Positions 38,586 through 52,457 of a DNA stretch of 64,000 nt are shown here, one piece after another; the first letter of the stretch is position 1, and each line of letters begins with the position of its first letter. The notes beneath the pieces were generated by a model. It was not told the DNA's origin. It saw only the letters and a list, made by a program, of their open reading frames with translations, and did not search any database. The DNA comes from Takakia lepidozioides. Its lineage: Eukaryota > Plantae > Bryophyta. Both the position numbers and the translations under genes were made by a program. The stretch is taken from NCBI GenBank assembly GCA_030704615.1, contig CM060731.1, positions 88,164,001 to 88,228,000 on the forward strand, read 5' to 3'.

Positions 38586-39422
38586 GAGGTTTACTATTTC
38601 ATGAGCAGAAACCATGAGCCATGAGCCATGAGCCATGAGCCGCATGAGCCGCATGAGCGGTGAGCCGAAGTCTTAGACACGCGGATTTCATGAAGGGACT
38701 CCTCCAAATTTGGAAATGCGACAGATTAAACAATTATTAAAATAATAGTTTTATATTTGACCTTGCCGTTTTTGGAAGTTAGAGATCGTGTAATGCGGCA
38801 AAGATATGTCGTCAGTAACAACTCCGCTCATGGTTTTTTAGATCCGCTCATGGAAATGAGTGATCGTGCAACGAGAAATCCAGTATACCACGGCAAAAGG
38901 ACGTCGCATACTGGCCTGTATAGAGTATTCCGCGGTTTTACATGCCTAAACATTGGAATGAAGCTGACCCTTTTGCCGCAACTGAACCAATAGAGTCTGC
39001 ACAATTTTGTCATCTTCCAGTATTCGGCGGGAAAGTTTTGCGACTCAACTAAGAAATGTGGTGCAACATTAGGGTTCGCATGTGCGAAATTTCTGGGCAG
39101 TTTGGTGTTGGTGAATGCCGCATCTACCAGTACCTACGATGTTACTTGGAAATGCGGCGCCGCATTTCCTTGCCGGGGGTCGAATGAGGAAAGCAAAGTT
39201 TGGGAGAGCAGAAAAACAGGAACCCTCCAACACACAAAAATACATGCACGTGGAAACACGAGTGAATGATATAGTATTATCTTAGTTCGAGCAAAACAGG
39301 TTACTGGTAGGCAAGACATAAGTCGGACCTTTCTGTGGCCAGAGTCAGAGCTACTTGCAGTAGTACAGTTCTACTATCCGAAAAGGATGGGCGTACCATA
39401 GTGTTGGGACCGCAAGCCAAGG

Positions 39423-40685
39423 TCACTGGTCCCCTGGATCCATATTCAGAAGAGTGTGGACCTCTTGGGGGCTCAACCCTGGTGCATGTATGAAGTGATG
39501 AGTTGTGGAATTACACCGGAGTCTCTTTAGGTACACGTAGTACAGATGCTTGCAAGGGCAGTATGATGCCCCCTTGTTCGCCATGATCTGAAAGTCGGTG
39601 CAATTGCAGGTGGGTAATTCTGAAATGGTGATGGTGTACACCTCATTGCGAACAGCTGAGCCTGCCGTGGCCATCTGATACACACGCCCAAGCCTGGTGG
39701 GGGCACTTCTGTCGAGCTCTGGATTGTACAGTTCATCCGAAGTGCATTCCCCATCCTTGTCTCGTTCACTTTTGAGGGAGGTCGCCGCCTCTTCGGTTTC
39801 CCCCAACGGTGTGTAGGATGCTTAAAGCTGTCAGGTCCCATTATTCTTGCTCTCATAGGGGTCGGTGGTGGAGGTTGTGGAAGCGGAAATGGTTGTTTAG
39901 GGACGTCAGTGCGCTACACCATCCGAAATCCTACGGCGGTAAGGGCGTCGGCCTCAACCTGACTCAGATCGCAGCCTAGTTCCACCGGCCACACCGGGGG
40001 AGCCTCTGGCATTGTTTGTATGCCGTACTTGGGCTTTCCATACACGCAAGTCATAATGTCGTGCCTGCAGAACCAGAACTGGGTGGTTGTCGCCTCCGCA
40101 AACTTTGCATGGACAAATCTTCCTATAAAAGTAGGAGCAGGGACAGCACCATCTGGATTCCTCCTTATCATCTCTAAACAACGTTGCCATGTATCCACTC
40201 GAATTGCGGAACACCTGCCTCGAAACAATGGCTTTGTGCGAGCAATTCTCCACTGTGACGCAGACACAGTCGTCTCCACAATGGCTTGGCCATACTGCAT
40301 AACAGCGGGCGAAATCTGGGGCAAGCGAGCGGTGGGAATTTCTCGCACGGAATCCCCGCTTGAAGGCGACGGCGATCTGGAATTGCGAGGGCTTCCACTG
40401 CTGGAAGACACATTGTGCGGCAACATGACGGGCCCTCGAGGTGCTATCCGAATGTTCCTGTCGGATCTCCAGGAATCCTCTTCGCACCCGGGTTCCTCTT
40501 CAATCCTCCGCCTCACAGGGCGAGTACAGACGTCCCCCTCTAGGTGCTCACCTCTGTGGTGCAGAGGCGTCCCTTTGATCTTCTCTCGCAGTGTTGTCGC
40601 CCATTTCAGTGGATTCTTCGACCTCGAAGCTATTCGCACCAACAATTCCTCCCTGTCCGGCCCAAAGCCCCATTGTTTCCCGCTC
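39423..40685 (-). pseudogene. Transposase C-terminal part with SWIM finger
   Basis: PTCNCTDFQIMANKGASYCPCKHLYY; a deletion junction at ~40686 jumps to the N-terminal region. Confidence 0.82.
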
Positions 40686-41098
40686 ATGAAATGTCGAATA
40701 CGTCCACACGAGAAGCTATGGAGGGTCTTGACGGTCCAGGTCGGGAATGATTATCGTTGCATATCTCTCTGTTGGCAGTGGCCGCCTGTCGGTTTCCGGA
40801 CTCCTTTGTGGATGGTGTGGGCAGCGACTGATTCGGAAAGGGAATGGGCATTCCCACAGCTCGGTACATGATGGTGTCTGATGGGGGTACGTGCCATTCG
40901 ATTCCACAACCTCCGTCGTTACCTAGCACGACAATGGTCTCGTCAACCTGTCCAGGAACATCCTTCCTTTCTTCTTCCAAATAAACTGTGCCCGGTTTGA
41001 GCTTGAATTTGGAACAAAGGTAAGTTTCAGTCACTCTGCAAACTCCTCTCTTGTTTGGGATCCAGGCTCTCCCAAGTTGCGGAGGACAGCAAACTATA

Positions 41099-41823
41099 TG
41101 TCGCGGCCCTTTGCCTTGAGGGCTGGGGGTCGGGACACATGAGGGGCTGCCCCTGTGGTGGGGGCATTGGCAGCGATAGGTATGGGGGGCTGAAGCACCC
41201 TTGAGTGCCCAAGGCACTGAAGGAGGCAGAGGCGCTCACTAGGTGGAGCCCCGCACACCGGGTTGCGGTGGGGGTGGCTCCACAAGGGGTGGTGGTAGCT
41301 TAGCGGGACTTAGTGGGGGTGGCATAGGACTCACCATGGGGGCGGAGACCTCGTGGTGGGAGTCGTGGGGAGTCTTGGGACTCATCACGGTCCATAGGGG
41401 CCGTGGTGAGTGGGCCAAGACTCACCGCGACTCATCACCGGGAGTCGAGGGTTTCCGTGGTGGTTCGCCATAAAATGGCATGGCTGGTTATGAAACCCCC
41501 GCGGACAGCTACAGAAGTATATATAGGGAGTAGTAACCCCGAGAACGGTGCAAGCCCGATGGTGACCAATAACTAGTGAGTAAGCGAGCGAGCCGGAAAG
41601 CGACCAAAGAGTGGGGAGCTGTTCCGGACTGCCATCTACCAAAGGGAATTCCACTAGTCCCAAATAGGTGGAGGGTTTAGTGGGAAGCGAAGGGGGACCG
41701 TTATGTCCCGGTGAGCAGCCGAAGCTCCAAGTTGGCCCGGCGGCCAGGTTGGGAGTCAGGCGCGCGCATCAAAGCGAGTAACTATGATGTGAAGGGGAGC
41801 TTACCGAAGGGAGGTGCGCGACA
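41099..41823. mobile_element. Solo LTR (725 bp)
   Basis: TGTCGCG...CGCGACA ends; 5-bp TSD CTATA at 41094-41098 and 41824-41828; interrupts the transposase 5' region, which is intact in copy 1. Confidence 0.9.
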
Positions 41824-42184
41824 CTATAGCGTAGGAATTCGGAGCCATCAAAGACCGCACGAAGTTGGTAAGTGCGAGGTTCAGTATAGCAACAGACCAA
41901 GGCTCACAGGCACCATGCGGAGTCCATCGACGATTGGAAGTCGCACATTGAAGTGGAAAGTATTGTTTCAAGCTACATGCATGAAGGTGGGAGGTGTGAT
42001 TCCATAGCCAGTAAGTTAGACAATGATGGCCGAATCGGCGACGAAATAACATCTCCTGACAGTTTCTCCTGAGGGTGGATCCAGCAGTATTCTCGGTGTA
42101 GACAGGAACGTTTGCACTGACAAGTGCCAGTACTATTAGTTAAAACGATCAGACAACCAAGTTGTGCTCATCAAGACTGGCCGC

Positions 42185-43290
42185 GTGTGGGCCTGGGAGT
42201 GGAGTCGACTTGGTCACTCGCATGACAACTGGAAACTTGTCGAATGCTTGGGTGATGTTTGATCACATCAAGCGAATTACAAACCATCAGTGGGTGACTA
42301 TGGGTGCGCATGTTTATGACTATCACTCCAAGAGGCTCATGACGATTGCAATCTGCGAGATGAAAGGGGAGGACACACAGTCCGAGATGCATCTGTGGGA
42401 GGGCATAAACGAGCAGATGGCAAGGGCGGGATTGCCAGAGCCCAATTTCAGGGGATTCATGGCAGACAACGCTCAGGCCAACTGGGCAGCGGTGCGGCAT
42501 GTGTACGGTGAGGACCCCAATGTTCCAATGGAGGGGAAAGAGAGATCCTGTGGATTCCATTGGATGCAGAGTCTATCTCACTACACTTCCAAATTTGTTG
42601 CTAGCTCATTCCAGGCTGAACACCGTGTCATTTGTACGGCGTGGAAGGATGCACCCACATTTGATGACGTGGAGGTTAAGTTTGCTATCATCGAGGCTTG
42701 GTGGAATACGTCAGGTGCAGTGGAGACAACCAATCTGGGAGCATTGCACAGCTGGTTGGGGTGGTGGCATTTTCGGTATCGACAGTTCGGACAGTACATG
42801 CGGGAGGTAGGCTGCTATCATTTTCGTTCATTTGTCTTTCTGTTACGGACATTTCGATTGGTCCCTCACCATTGTTTGTGTCCTTCTAGGAGCAGTGCTT
42901 GGATTCCGACACGAACATGCCGAACACGAATATGGCAGAATCGGTCCACTCCTCCTGGCGAGCGTCTTCTGCCGCACATCTGGTGGACGTAGTGACGGCC
43001 ACAACGGAGGACATCGACAGAGCAATCATGCAGCAAGCCACGTACTACAAGTTCCCGAGCGGCAAACAATGGGGCTTTGGGCCGGACAGGGATGAATTGT
43101 TGGTACGAACAGCTTCGCGGTCCAAGAATCCACTGAAATGGGCGACAGCATTGCGAGAGAAGATCAAAGGGACGCCTCTACACCGCAGAGGTGAACACCT
43201 AAAGGGGGACGTCCGGACTTGCCCTGTGAGGCGGAGGATTGAAGAAGAACCCGGGTGCGAAGAGGATTCCTGGAGATCCGACAGGAACAT
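42185..43290 (+). pseudogene. Inverted fragment carrying the complete DDE core of the transposase
   Basis: VMFD, FMAD, CGFH, intron 42807-42889, then NMAESVH. Confidence 0.85.
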
Positions 43291-44035
43291 CGGAATGTCG
43301 AGAGGTGCGACTCGGATGGAAATGTGCTGCCGCATTTCAGTTCCGATGGTTCACGATTTTCAGTCAGAACGGAAATGCGGTACCGCATTTCCGTTCTGGA
43401 TAGTATGAATATCTGAAGCGGTCGGAATTGCGTTGTAGCTTTTCCGTCACTTGGTTCCATGCCTCAGATACAAAACGGAAATGCGGCGCCGCATTTCCGT
43501 TCTGGAATGTCGGAAAGTGCGACTAGGACGGAAATGCGGTGCCGCATTTCAGTTCCGATGGTTCAGGATTTTCAGTCAGAACGGAAATGCGGTACCGCAT
43601 TTCCGTTTTGGAGAGTATGAAGGTCTTGTGAGGACGGAAATGCGGTGCAGCATTTCTATCCCTCAGCTCCATGCGTCAGATACAAAACGGAAATGCGGCG
43701 CCTTATTTCTGTTCTGGTATGTCGGAAGGTGCAACTCGGACGGAAATGCGGTGCCGCATTTCTGTTCCCGTTGTTCATAATTCTCAATCAGAACGGAAAT
43801 GCGGTACCGCATTTCCGTTCCACCTTCACATACCGTGCTTGCTAGATGGAAATGCGTTACCGCATTTCCGTTTTGAAGAGTATAAAGGTTTCCCCCGGAC
43901 GGAAACTCGTTGCCGCATTTCCGTCGCTCTGGTGCATGACCAAGATGCACAACGGAAATGCAGCGCCGTATTTCCGTCGAGCAGCAATCGAAAGTATCAC
44001 TCCCGACGGAAATCTGGAACCTCATTTCCGCATGC
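43291..44035. repeat. Inverted segment of the 53-bp palindrome array
   Basis: Spacers are reverse complements of those in 3340-4130. Confidence 0.9.
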
Positions 44036-44070
44036 TGAACCTGAATGGGTTGCATTGTTCCGAAATAACA

Positions 44071-45945
44071 GAGGTTTACTAATTCATGAGCAGAAACCAT
44101 GAGCCATGAGCCATGAGCCGCATGAACGGTGAGCCGAAGTCTAAGATACGCGGATTTCATGAGCGGACTCCTCCAAATTTGGAAATGCGGCAGATTAAAC
44201 AAGTATTAAAATAATAGTTTTTTAATTTGACCTTGCCGTTTTTGGACGTTCCAGATCATGTTATGCGGCGAAGATATGTCGTCAGTAACAAGTCCGCTCA
44301 TGGTTTTTTAGATCCGCTCATGGAAATAAGTGACCGTGCAACGGGAAATTCAGTATACCACTGCAAAAGGACGTCGCATACTGGCCTGTATAGAGTATTC
44401 CGCGGTTTTACATGCCTTAACATTGGAATGAAGCTGACCCTTTTGCCGCGATTGAACCAATGGAGTCTGCACCAATAGAGTCTGCAGTACTTCACAATTC
44501 TGTCTTCTTCGGGTATTCGGCGGGAAAGGTTTGCAACTGAACTGGGAAATAAGGTGCCGCATTAGGGTTGGCACGTGCGAAATTTCGGAGCGGTTTGGTG
44601 TTGGCGAAGGCCGCCTCTACCAGTACCTACGACGATACTTGGAAATGCGGCGCCGCATTTCCTTGTCGGAGGTCGAATGAGGAAAGCAAGTTTTCGGAAA
44701 GCAGAAAAACATGAACCCTCCAACATACAAAAATACATGCACGTGGAAACAAGTGAACGATATAGTAATATCTTAGTTCGAGCAAAACAGGTTACTGGTA
44801 GGCAAAACATATGTCGGACCTTTCTGTGGCCAGAGTCTGTGGTACTGGCAGCAGTATAGTTCTACTATCCGAAAAGGATGGGCGTACCATTGTATTGGGA
44901 CCGCAAGCCAAGCTCACTGGTCCCCTGGATCCATATTCAGAAGAGTGTGAACCTCCTGGGGGCTCAACCCTGGTGCATGTATGAAGTGATGAGTTGTGGA
45001 ATTACAATGGAGTCTCTTCAGGTACACGTAGTACAAATGCTTGCAAGGGTAGTATGATGCCCCCTTGTTCGCCATGATCTGGAAGTCGGTGCAATTGCAG
45101 GTGGGTAATTCTGAAATGGTGCTGGTGTACACCTCATTGCGAACAGCTGAGCTTGCCGTGGCCATCTGATACACACGCCCAAATCCTGGTGGGGGCACTT
45201 CTGTCGAGCTCTGGATTGTACAGTTCATCCGAAGTGCATTCCCCATCCTTGTCTCGTTCACTTTTGAGGGAGGTCGCCGCCTCTTCGGTTTCCCCCAATG
45301 GTGTATAGGATGCTTAGAGCTGTCGTGTCCCATTGTTCTTGCTCTCACAAGGGTCGGTGGTGGAGGCTGTGGAAGCGGAAATGGTTGTCTGGGGACGTCA
45401 GTGCGCTGCACCATCCGAAATCCTACGGCGGTAAGGGCGTCGGCCTCAATCTGACTTAGATCGCAGCCTAGTTCCACCGGCCACACCGGGGGAGCCTCAG
45501 GCATTGTTTGTATGCCGTACTTGGGCTTTCCATACACGCAAGTCATAATGTCGTGCCTGCAGAACCAGAACTGGGTGGTTGTCGCCTCCGCAAACTTTGC
45601 ATGGACAAATCTTCCTGTAAAAGTAGGAGCAGAGACAACCCCATCTGGATTCCTCCTTATCATCTCTAAACAACGTTGCCGTGTATCCACACGAATTGCG
45701 GAACACCTTCCTCGAAACGACGGCTTTGTGCGAGCAATTCTCCACTGTGATGCAGACACAGTCGTCTCCACAATGGCTTGGCCATACTGCATAACAGCGG
45801 GCGGAATCTGGGGCAAGGGAGCGGTGGGAATTTCTCGCACGAAATCCCCGGTTGTAGGCGACGGCGATCTGGAATTTCTTGGGCTTCCACTGCTGGAAGA
45901 CACATTGTGCGGCAACATGACAGGACCTCGAGGTGCTGTCCGAAC
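44071..45945. mobile_element. Second, internal family-A left end plus SWIM-containing transposase C-terminus (44914-45945, minus strand)
   Basis: GAGGTTTACTAATTCATGAGC at 44071; open 334-aa ORF ending in SWIM. Confidence 0.85.
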
Positions 45946-46815
45946 GGAAATGCGGCACCGCTTTTCGCCCGGGTGAGACCTTCATACTCTCCAGAACGTA
46001 AATGCGGCACCGCATTTCCGTTCTGACGAAAAATCGTGAAACATCGGAACTGAAATGCGGTACCGCATTTCCGTCGGAGTCGCACCTTCCGACATTTCAA
46101 AACAGAAATGCGGCGCCGCATTTCCGCCCGGGTCAGACCTTAATACTCTACAGAACGGAAATGCGGCACCGCATTTCCGTTCTGACTGAAAATCGTGAAA
46201 CATCGGAACTGAAATGCGGTACCGCATTTCCGTTCTGATTGAGAATTATGAACAACGGGAACAGAAATGCGGCGCCGCATTTCCGTTTTGTATATGAGGC
46301 CTGGAGCTGTGGGACGGAAATGCGGTGCCGCATTTCCATCCATGTGAGACCTTCAAACTTTCCAGACCGGAAATGCGGCACCGCATTTCCGTTCAGGTGA
46401 GACCTTTATACTTTCCCGAACGGAAATGTGGCACGGCATTTCCGTTCATCAACTAAGGTATGTGAAGGGGGAACGGAAATGCGGTACCGCATTTCCGTTC
46501 AGATTGAAAATCATGAACCACGGGAACTGAAATGTTGTGCCGCATTTCCGTCCGAATCGCACCTTTCGACATTCCAGAACGAAAATGCGGCGCCGCATTT
46601 CCTTTTTGTATCTCATACATGGAGCTGTGGGACGGAAATGCGGCACCATATTTCCGTTCAACAACTAAGGTATGTGAAGGTGGAACGGAAATGCGGTGCC
46701 GCATTTTCTTCCAACAAGTACGGATGTGTAGCTTCGTGATGGTACTTAACGGAAATGCGGCGCCGCATTTGCATTTTCACTCCAACTCATCAGACGTTGG
46801 GACGGAAATGCCTTG
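45946..46815. repeat. Central palindrome array (right part), copy 3
   Basis: Same core and period as in copies 1 and 2. Confidence 0.92.
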
Positions 46816-47208
46816 AAATGTGAACACGTGGAGCAACGGAATTGCGGCACATGTCTGCACTCTATCTAACTGAAGTGGCATGAGGCGGCGCGGCCTGACC
46901 GTTGGATAATGATGTTTGTGTTTCGGACGGCAGGCGTACCCTGAACGATTCGAATTTTGTAATGACGCAAAGTCCACGAGGAGACACTTTCGTCCAACCC
47001 TTTCGAACCCAAGTGGTGCATCACCGCCGTTTCATCTTCTTTTGTCGTGTCTCCTCAGTCACCCATCTCGCGCCCTTTCCATCTGCACTCTTTGCCCCTT
47101 TTCCCTGTCTATGTTCTTCTTATGCTCGAACCTGAGAGGGAGGGAGTGCGTGCACCAGAGAAGAGACATCGTCGCAAGGTCCGAAAATTGTACTTCAGAC
47201 GTAGGCCA

Positions 47209-50200
47209 ATGCCGAAGGGGAGGAAGCAGATGCGTCTACAGGAGGAGATTGCCATCTCGCAGCATCAGGCCACGCAGGCAACCCAACCACCAATGAGAGC
47301 TCCGTGCTATCGGGATTCGCCAGCTGATCGAGCACCGAAACCCGCCTCATTTTTCTTCTGCAATTCTTAGATTGTATGCTAGGAGACTTGACTGCAGAAG
47401 TGTTTGCATGCCAAACCGGAAAGGTGGACGTGCTGGAGGGATCGCAGGAATCCAAAGAGCCGCAGGCAGAGTCCGTGGAGCTAGCTGCAGCACGCACACC
47501 CAGCCGATCCACAAGCACGGGTCTTCCTGCCGGTCCTAGCCCTGTGCGTTTCAAGGACGCGGCTTCCAAGGGCAAGTCTTTGCAGTTCAAAGCCCCAGAG
47601 AGCGACTCGCCTTCAAAGGTCATGGAGAATCGCCAGCAGGGGTCTAGCCCTTCTCCAACAAAGACGAAGAAGAAGCAGCCCGTCCTTCAACTTGTTTCTG
47701 AACCGGACCAGGCCGTTTCTACCCCACCCAGGCGAATGAAGCAGATTCAATTGCAGCAGACACCTTCACCTGCAAGAATGAGGAAGCACAAGGCAATCAG
47801 GGGGAGGGTGGAGCAGTCTCCTGCAAAACCGATTCCACGAGCTGAAGCCCAGTTCCTGCTTGATTTCCAGCCTGGTGATGTTGGGGGCGTCTCTGTTGCA
47901 GCGAGGCAATGGGATCGACCGTCGATCTGGTACCGGAGGAGGGTGTTGCCTCTCAACGTTCGCAGCAAGACCTAACCACAGTTGAGGAAGATCTTCATAA
48001 TATTGAAGGCCCGGAGGAGGCCTCTGCGATTGCAAAATTGTCCGCAAAGATTCCCCAGAGTGCAGCTACAGTTGGGGATGCTCCAGCTGCTCAGCCCCTA
48101 CCGCCACCAGCAGAAATGTCTCCGGAGGAATTCCAAAGTGCAGCGGATACAATGTTGGAGGAGACACATAGTAGCATTGGCAGAGTTCTGGGCAGCAGGG
48201 TATTCCAGCGGACTCTTCGAATCCCACTCTGTCGCATGGTCTCCCTTCCCATCGTCAGGTAGGCACTTCCCGGAGATGTGGATAAGCTCAAGTTCGCAAT
48301 TCGAGAAGGGTACCGTCTAGGTTCGCCAGCCTTCTACGTTTCCCTTGAGAATGAGGACGGCGAATCTTGTGGACCCACTGCGGAGGAATTGTCAACATGG
48401 GATACCCACTGGCACACTCGCAACGACGAATTCGAGGCAACACTGAAGGGTGATCCCGACTTCGGCCATATGTCGGGTAAAATGTTCTTTGTGTGGGACG
48501 GGAATCACCGACTTCTCGCCTGGTGGGAGTACATCAAGCAGAACCATGCCAAGCACATTGGCTGGCATTACATGGTGGAGTGTGTCATCCTGAAGGTGAA
48601 GGCGGCAGACTCCTCCCTGCTCAAGAATGCCATGGCGGACCTCAACTCGTAAGATACTCATACCCTCCCAAGCACATTCCAAATGCGGTGCCGCATTTCG
48701 GTTTCCAATCTGTTTTGTTTCCGTGCTTTCGTGGACTGAACTGGAGAGTGTGCCTTATAGGGTCACTGAAAATGCGTACGTGCATACCCACATGGCACAT
48801 ATGCTGTACAGGGTGAGGAAAACTGGTCTCACTGATCCGCACATGTTTGCGGAAATGCTGGAGCCCGAGCTCATTCAGAAAGCCGTGGCAAAAACTGACC
48901 GGACATGGTATCGTCTCACTATGGATGGAATGGTGGAGGTGATATATGAAGTAAGTCGTCCTCCCATTTCCCTCTGCTCATCCTTCCCCAATTTCCGGTA
49001 ATCTTTCCACATGAATCGAATGTAACGCTTCTGCATGTTTTTGTTGGCAGTCAAACATCAAACTGGATTTGGCCCATGCCAAACGCTTCTTCATGGAAAG
49101 TGAGGGGCAGGTCAAAACGTTGCAGTCATTGACTGAGCACTTGAAGGAAGCCGGGGTCAAGTCCAGAACGAAATACAAGTCAAAGCTTGTGAAGCTGGTG
49201 GCCATTGCAGATCCGGCACTTGGAAAGGACTTCATCCCCGAGATTGCAAAACACTATTCTCGGGCCATGCAGCCGACCATGCAGTTGGAGAAACTGCATC
49301 ACCTCTCAACGGCATGTGATGAAGCGAAAGAGAAGGTGATGTTTCAATGCACTGAAGTTCCTTCCTAGCAATAGCCACTCTTCTTCCTGCTCCTGACATT
49401 GGATCGGAAATGGCAGACACGGTGGCTGTCGATCTGGAATGCATCGGAGAGTATAAGGACAATGTGGTCTTTTCCACTCGAAGTTTCCGACCCTGCAGTG
49501 GATGTGTGGCTCAACCGCATGACTTGGTGGTTCCAGGTAATTCAAGGTACCTTCCCATATTTGCTTTTCTGAAATGAATTCCCTGAACTGCTACGTGACA
49601 ATGCATGTGGGAATCGCAGGTAATGACGAATGCGAAGGAGCAAGTCGTAATGCATACAAATTCGTTCGGCTTGTACGTCAAATGGGATGGAACACAGACA
49701 TTGGAAGACTACGTCACACGTTTCAGATGTGCGTACAAGGACAACCTCTTCGCCAGGGAGCTGCAGACAGCAAGAAGGAGCGTGGAGTTTACACATCAGG
49801 AGGGAGCGGGAAAAGCTGCAATGCGAATTGTTTACAGGTGAAGCCCAGCTGTCCTTGTATGCAAAGCCTGGTTATGAGGTTTGTCTGGGAAATGCGGCAC
49901 CGCATTCGCATTTTATGTTTTCGGTTGCACTCTGTGAGTACGTTGGTCTCAACTTTTGCTCACGCATGCTGACTGCCCTGCAGGTATGAAATACGTGCTT
50001 CTTCAGACAGGGGCCTGGCTCAAGAGCCCCCGTTCTTCATGGCTTGGACCGTGGGGGCCCAAGCTGTGTCTACACACCCGAGATGCAGAAACAATGGCAT
50101 GCCGCGCATCTGGTTGGATGCCCGTGGTACCTGGACATGTCTGGCGGAATTGTTGACGAGTCTGAGAAAGATCTGCACGCGAAAGCAGAAGAGAAGAGAA

Positions 50201-52320
50201 AAGAAAGACGTGTCCCTGCTCGGCCAGAGTCGGCAAAGGAAGCTGCTGCTCTGGAACAATCCAGAAAGGCAGCTGAGATGGCACAGAAGATGGTGGATGC
50301 AGCTGTGCAGGCTCAACAGAAGGGGTCCAAGAAGCGGACTCGCCAGCAAGGAGCAGCAGTTGTGACACCAAGAAAACGAAGAAGCAGAAACAGATAGTGC
50401 AGGTAGAGGGTGAGGAAGAGGACTCCGATGGAGACTTTGCAACCAGCCCACCCCCCAAGACGCAGCCAAAATCCCCTGTGCCCACCGTTGTCACGAGAGG
50501 GACGAGAACTGGCTCGGCAAAGAAGGCACTCTTCAACCCCCGGGGGGGCACCCTTTCGAGCCGGTGGAAATGAAGAGGCCAAAAGTGGATCCCGATACAG
50601 TAGTCCAGTGTGTGAATGAGAGTTTCTTGGCGGCTTTGGATGGACGGGCAGCCAAGTTGGCATACATGAAGACCATGGAGGGTCTGAAGGGCAGAGCACT
50701 GAAGAAGGCGGCTGCCGAAGAGCCTTCCGACACCCCTGGGTTTGAAGATGGTCTCGTTCTTTGAGAGGGTGTGTGCAGACAAGGATTGCAGGAGGGGCGG
50801 AAATGCCACCGAGTGGTCTTGCGATATGATCATCTTGGATATTCCGGACGGAGAGCCTGTGGAAGGACTGCAAGCTTTGCCATCTTGGAACAGGTACTTT
50901 TGGAAGAAAGGATTCGGGCTCGCCCGCATGGTGTTGGACGACAGAGGCTGTGTGGTTGTCCTGGCGAGCAGAGGCAAAAACACGCAGACAGGAATTGCGA
51001 AGTGGACCCGCAAGAGCGCCGTCCCAATTCTGAAGAAGAAGTGGACGTGCATCAACACATTGGGCCTTCGGTCGGAAGGGAAGAAGGTAATTACGACATT
51101 GGCACTCGTCCTTTCATTTTCTTAGGAGTTTTGAAATGCGGTGCCGCATTCGATTTCTACTCGTTCCCCACTGTGTATGCAGACGAAGCAGTTCGATGCA
51201 TACTGCTTTGTGAAGGAGAACTCCACCTTTGCTTTCCGGAAGGAGGGATTGTTGGTTGACCCGAACTGCGACCCCATCGATTACGACGTCCTGTTCAACA
51301 ACGTTCCCACGGAACTTCTCCCTCATAGCCTCACTTCAACTGAACCCCTGCGGTATTCACGCACTCGGAGCCCTGCCTTCATTCAGACAATTATGGAGAC
51401 ATGCACTGACGTGGAGGGCACAGTGCTCGACCTCATCTGTGGGACAGGTATGCAGAATCTTGTTGTATGCTATTCTGCAAACTCTCGTTATGCTTTCATT
51501 CGCAACATCTGAAGGGCCATGTCATAATGTGTGGATGGCATTGTAACAGGTGCCTCAATGTGGGCTGGGCGGTTTTCCGACCGGCACCTCTTTGCCTACG
51601 AGGAGGACACATCCGTCTGGGGATCCCATCTGGAAGGGCTGCAACGGAATGTGAAGGCTCCCATCAAAGCCAAGGACTCCTCGGATTTGTCGGAGTCGGA
51701 GGAAGAGACACTGGACATTGATGCCGAGGAGAACCCGCAATACGAGTGAGTGCAAACATTGTAAGTTTGCAAAGCCTTCTGGGTGATTTTTTGTCAAACG
51801 CATTTCCGGACTGTGGTTCTCATTGGTCTCGTTGGTGATTGTTATGTGCAGGATTCCAGGATCCGGGTCGAAACATGTAGGGCCTACACTTCCTGCCAGG
51901 AAGAATGTCCCGTTCTTTGCGAGGGCCGACTTCATGACGAGCCCGGTGAAGGACTACTCCCTTCCTAGTTATGCAGCTAAACTCGCAAATACAGCGATTA
52001 GACGATGTGAGAATCCCAGTAAAGTAGAGCAGATTTTGGAGAGGGCTAGGGAGGACAAAAGGATAAGGAAAGAGTTGGCAACAGCTGAGACAGGTAGACG
52101 GGTGCGAAAGTTCATATGTGATTCAGCGGATGAGAGCGATGCAGACAGGGAGGACGACGAGCCAACAGAGGTGAGATGGTCGGTTCCGCAAGGTGAAGAT
52201 GGGATTTTCGAAAGCCTGGCCAACGAGCAGTCCGCTGGAGATGAGAAAGGCAACGACCGGGTGGAGGCGGAGCACGACAGTCAAGGACAGGACGACGATA
52301 GTGATGATTTTCAAGATTAA
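47209..52320 (+). pseudogene. Most complete ParB-like / beta-class DNA methyltransferase fusion gene (~10 exons, roughly 1,350-1,400 aa by manual estimate; CAG>TAG and small frameshifts)
   Basis: ParB-like FFVWDGNHR (~48485-48512); motif-IV-like DMIILDIPDG (~50823-50852); motif X/I-like RSPAFIQTIMETCTDVEGTVLDLICGTG (~51365-51448), then RHLFAYEED; GT-AG introns conserved between copies. Confidence 0.82.
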
Positions 52321-52457
52321 TAGAATTTTAATGAACTCTCTGTAAATTTAAATTCTATTCCAAAGTATATAAAGGAAATTCTCCCCGTCCTTCATGTCCC
52401 CTCTCCCATTTGCCTCTCAACGACAACATCGTCCAAACCTGGTCCTTCCCAAAATCT

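Noticed and set aside
47209-52320. Bacterial/phage contamination or a true parABS locus
   Set aside because: The gene has conserved GT-AG introns and lies within TSD-bounded eukaryotic elements; no ParA Walker-A ATPase was seen.
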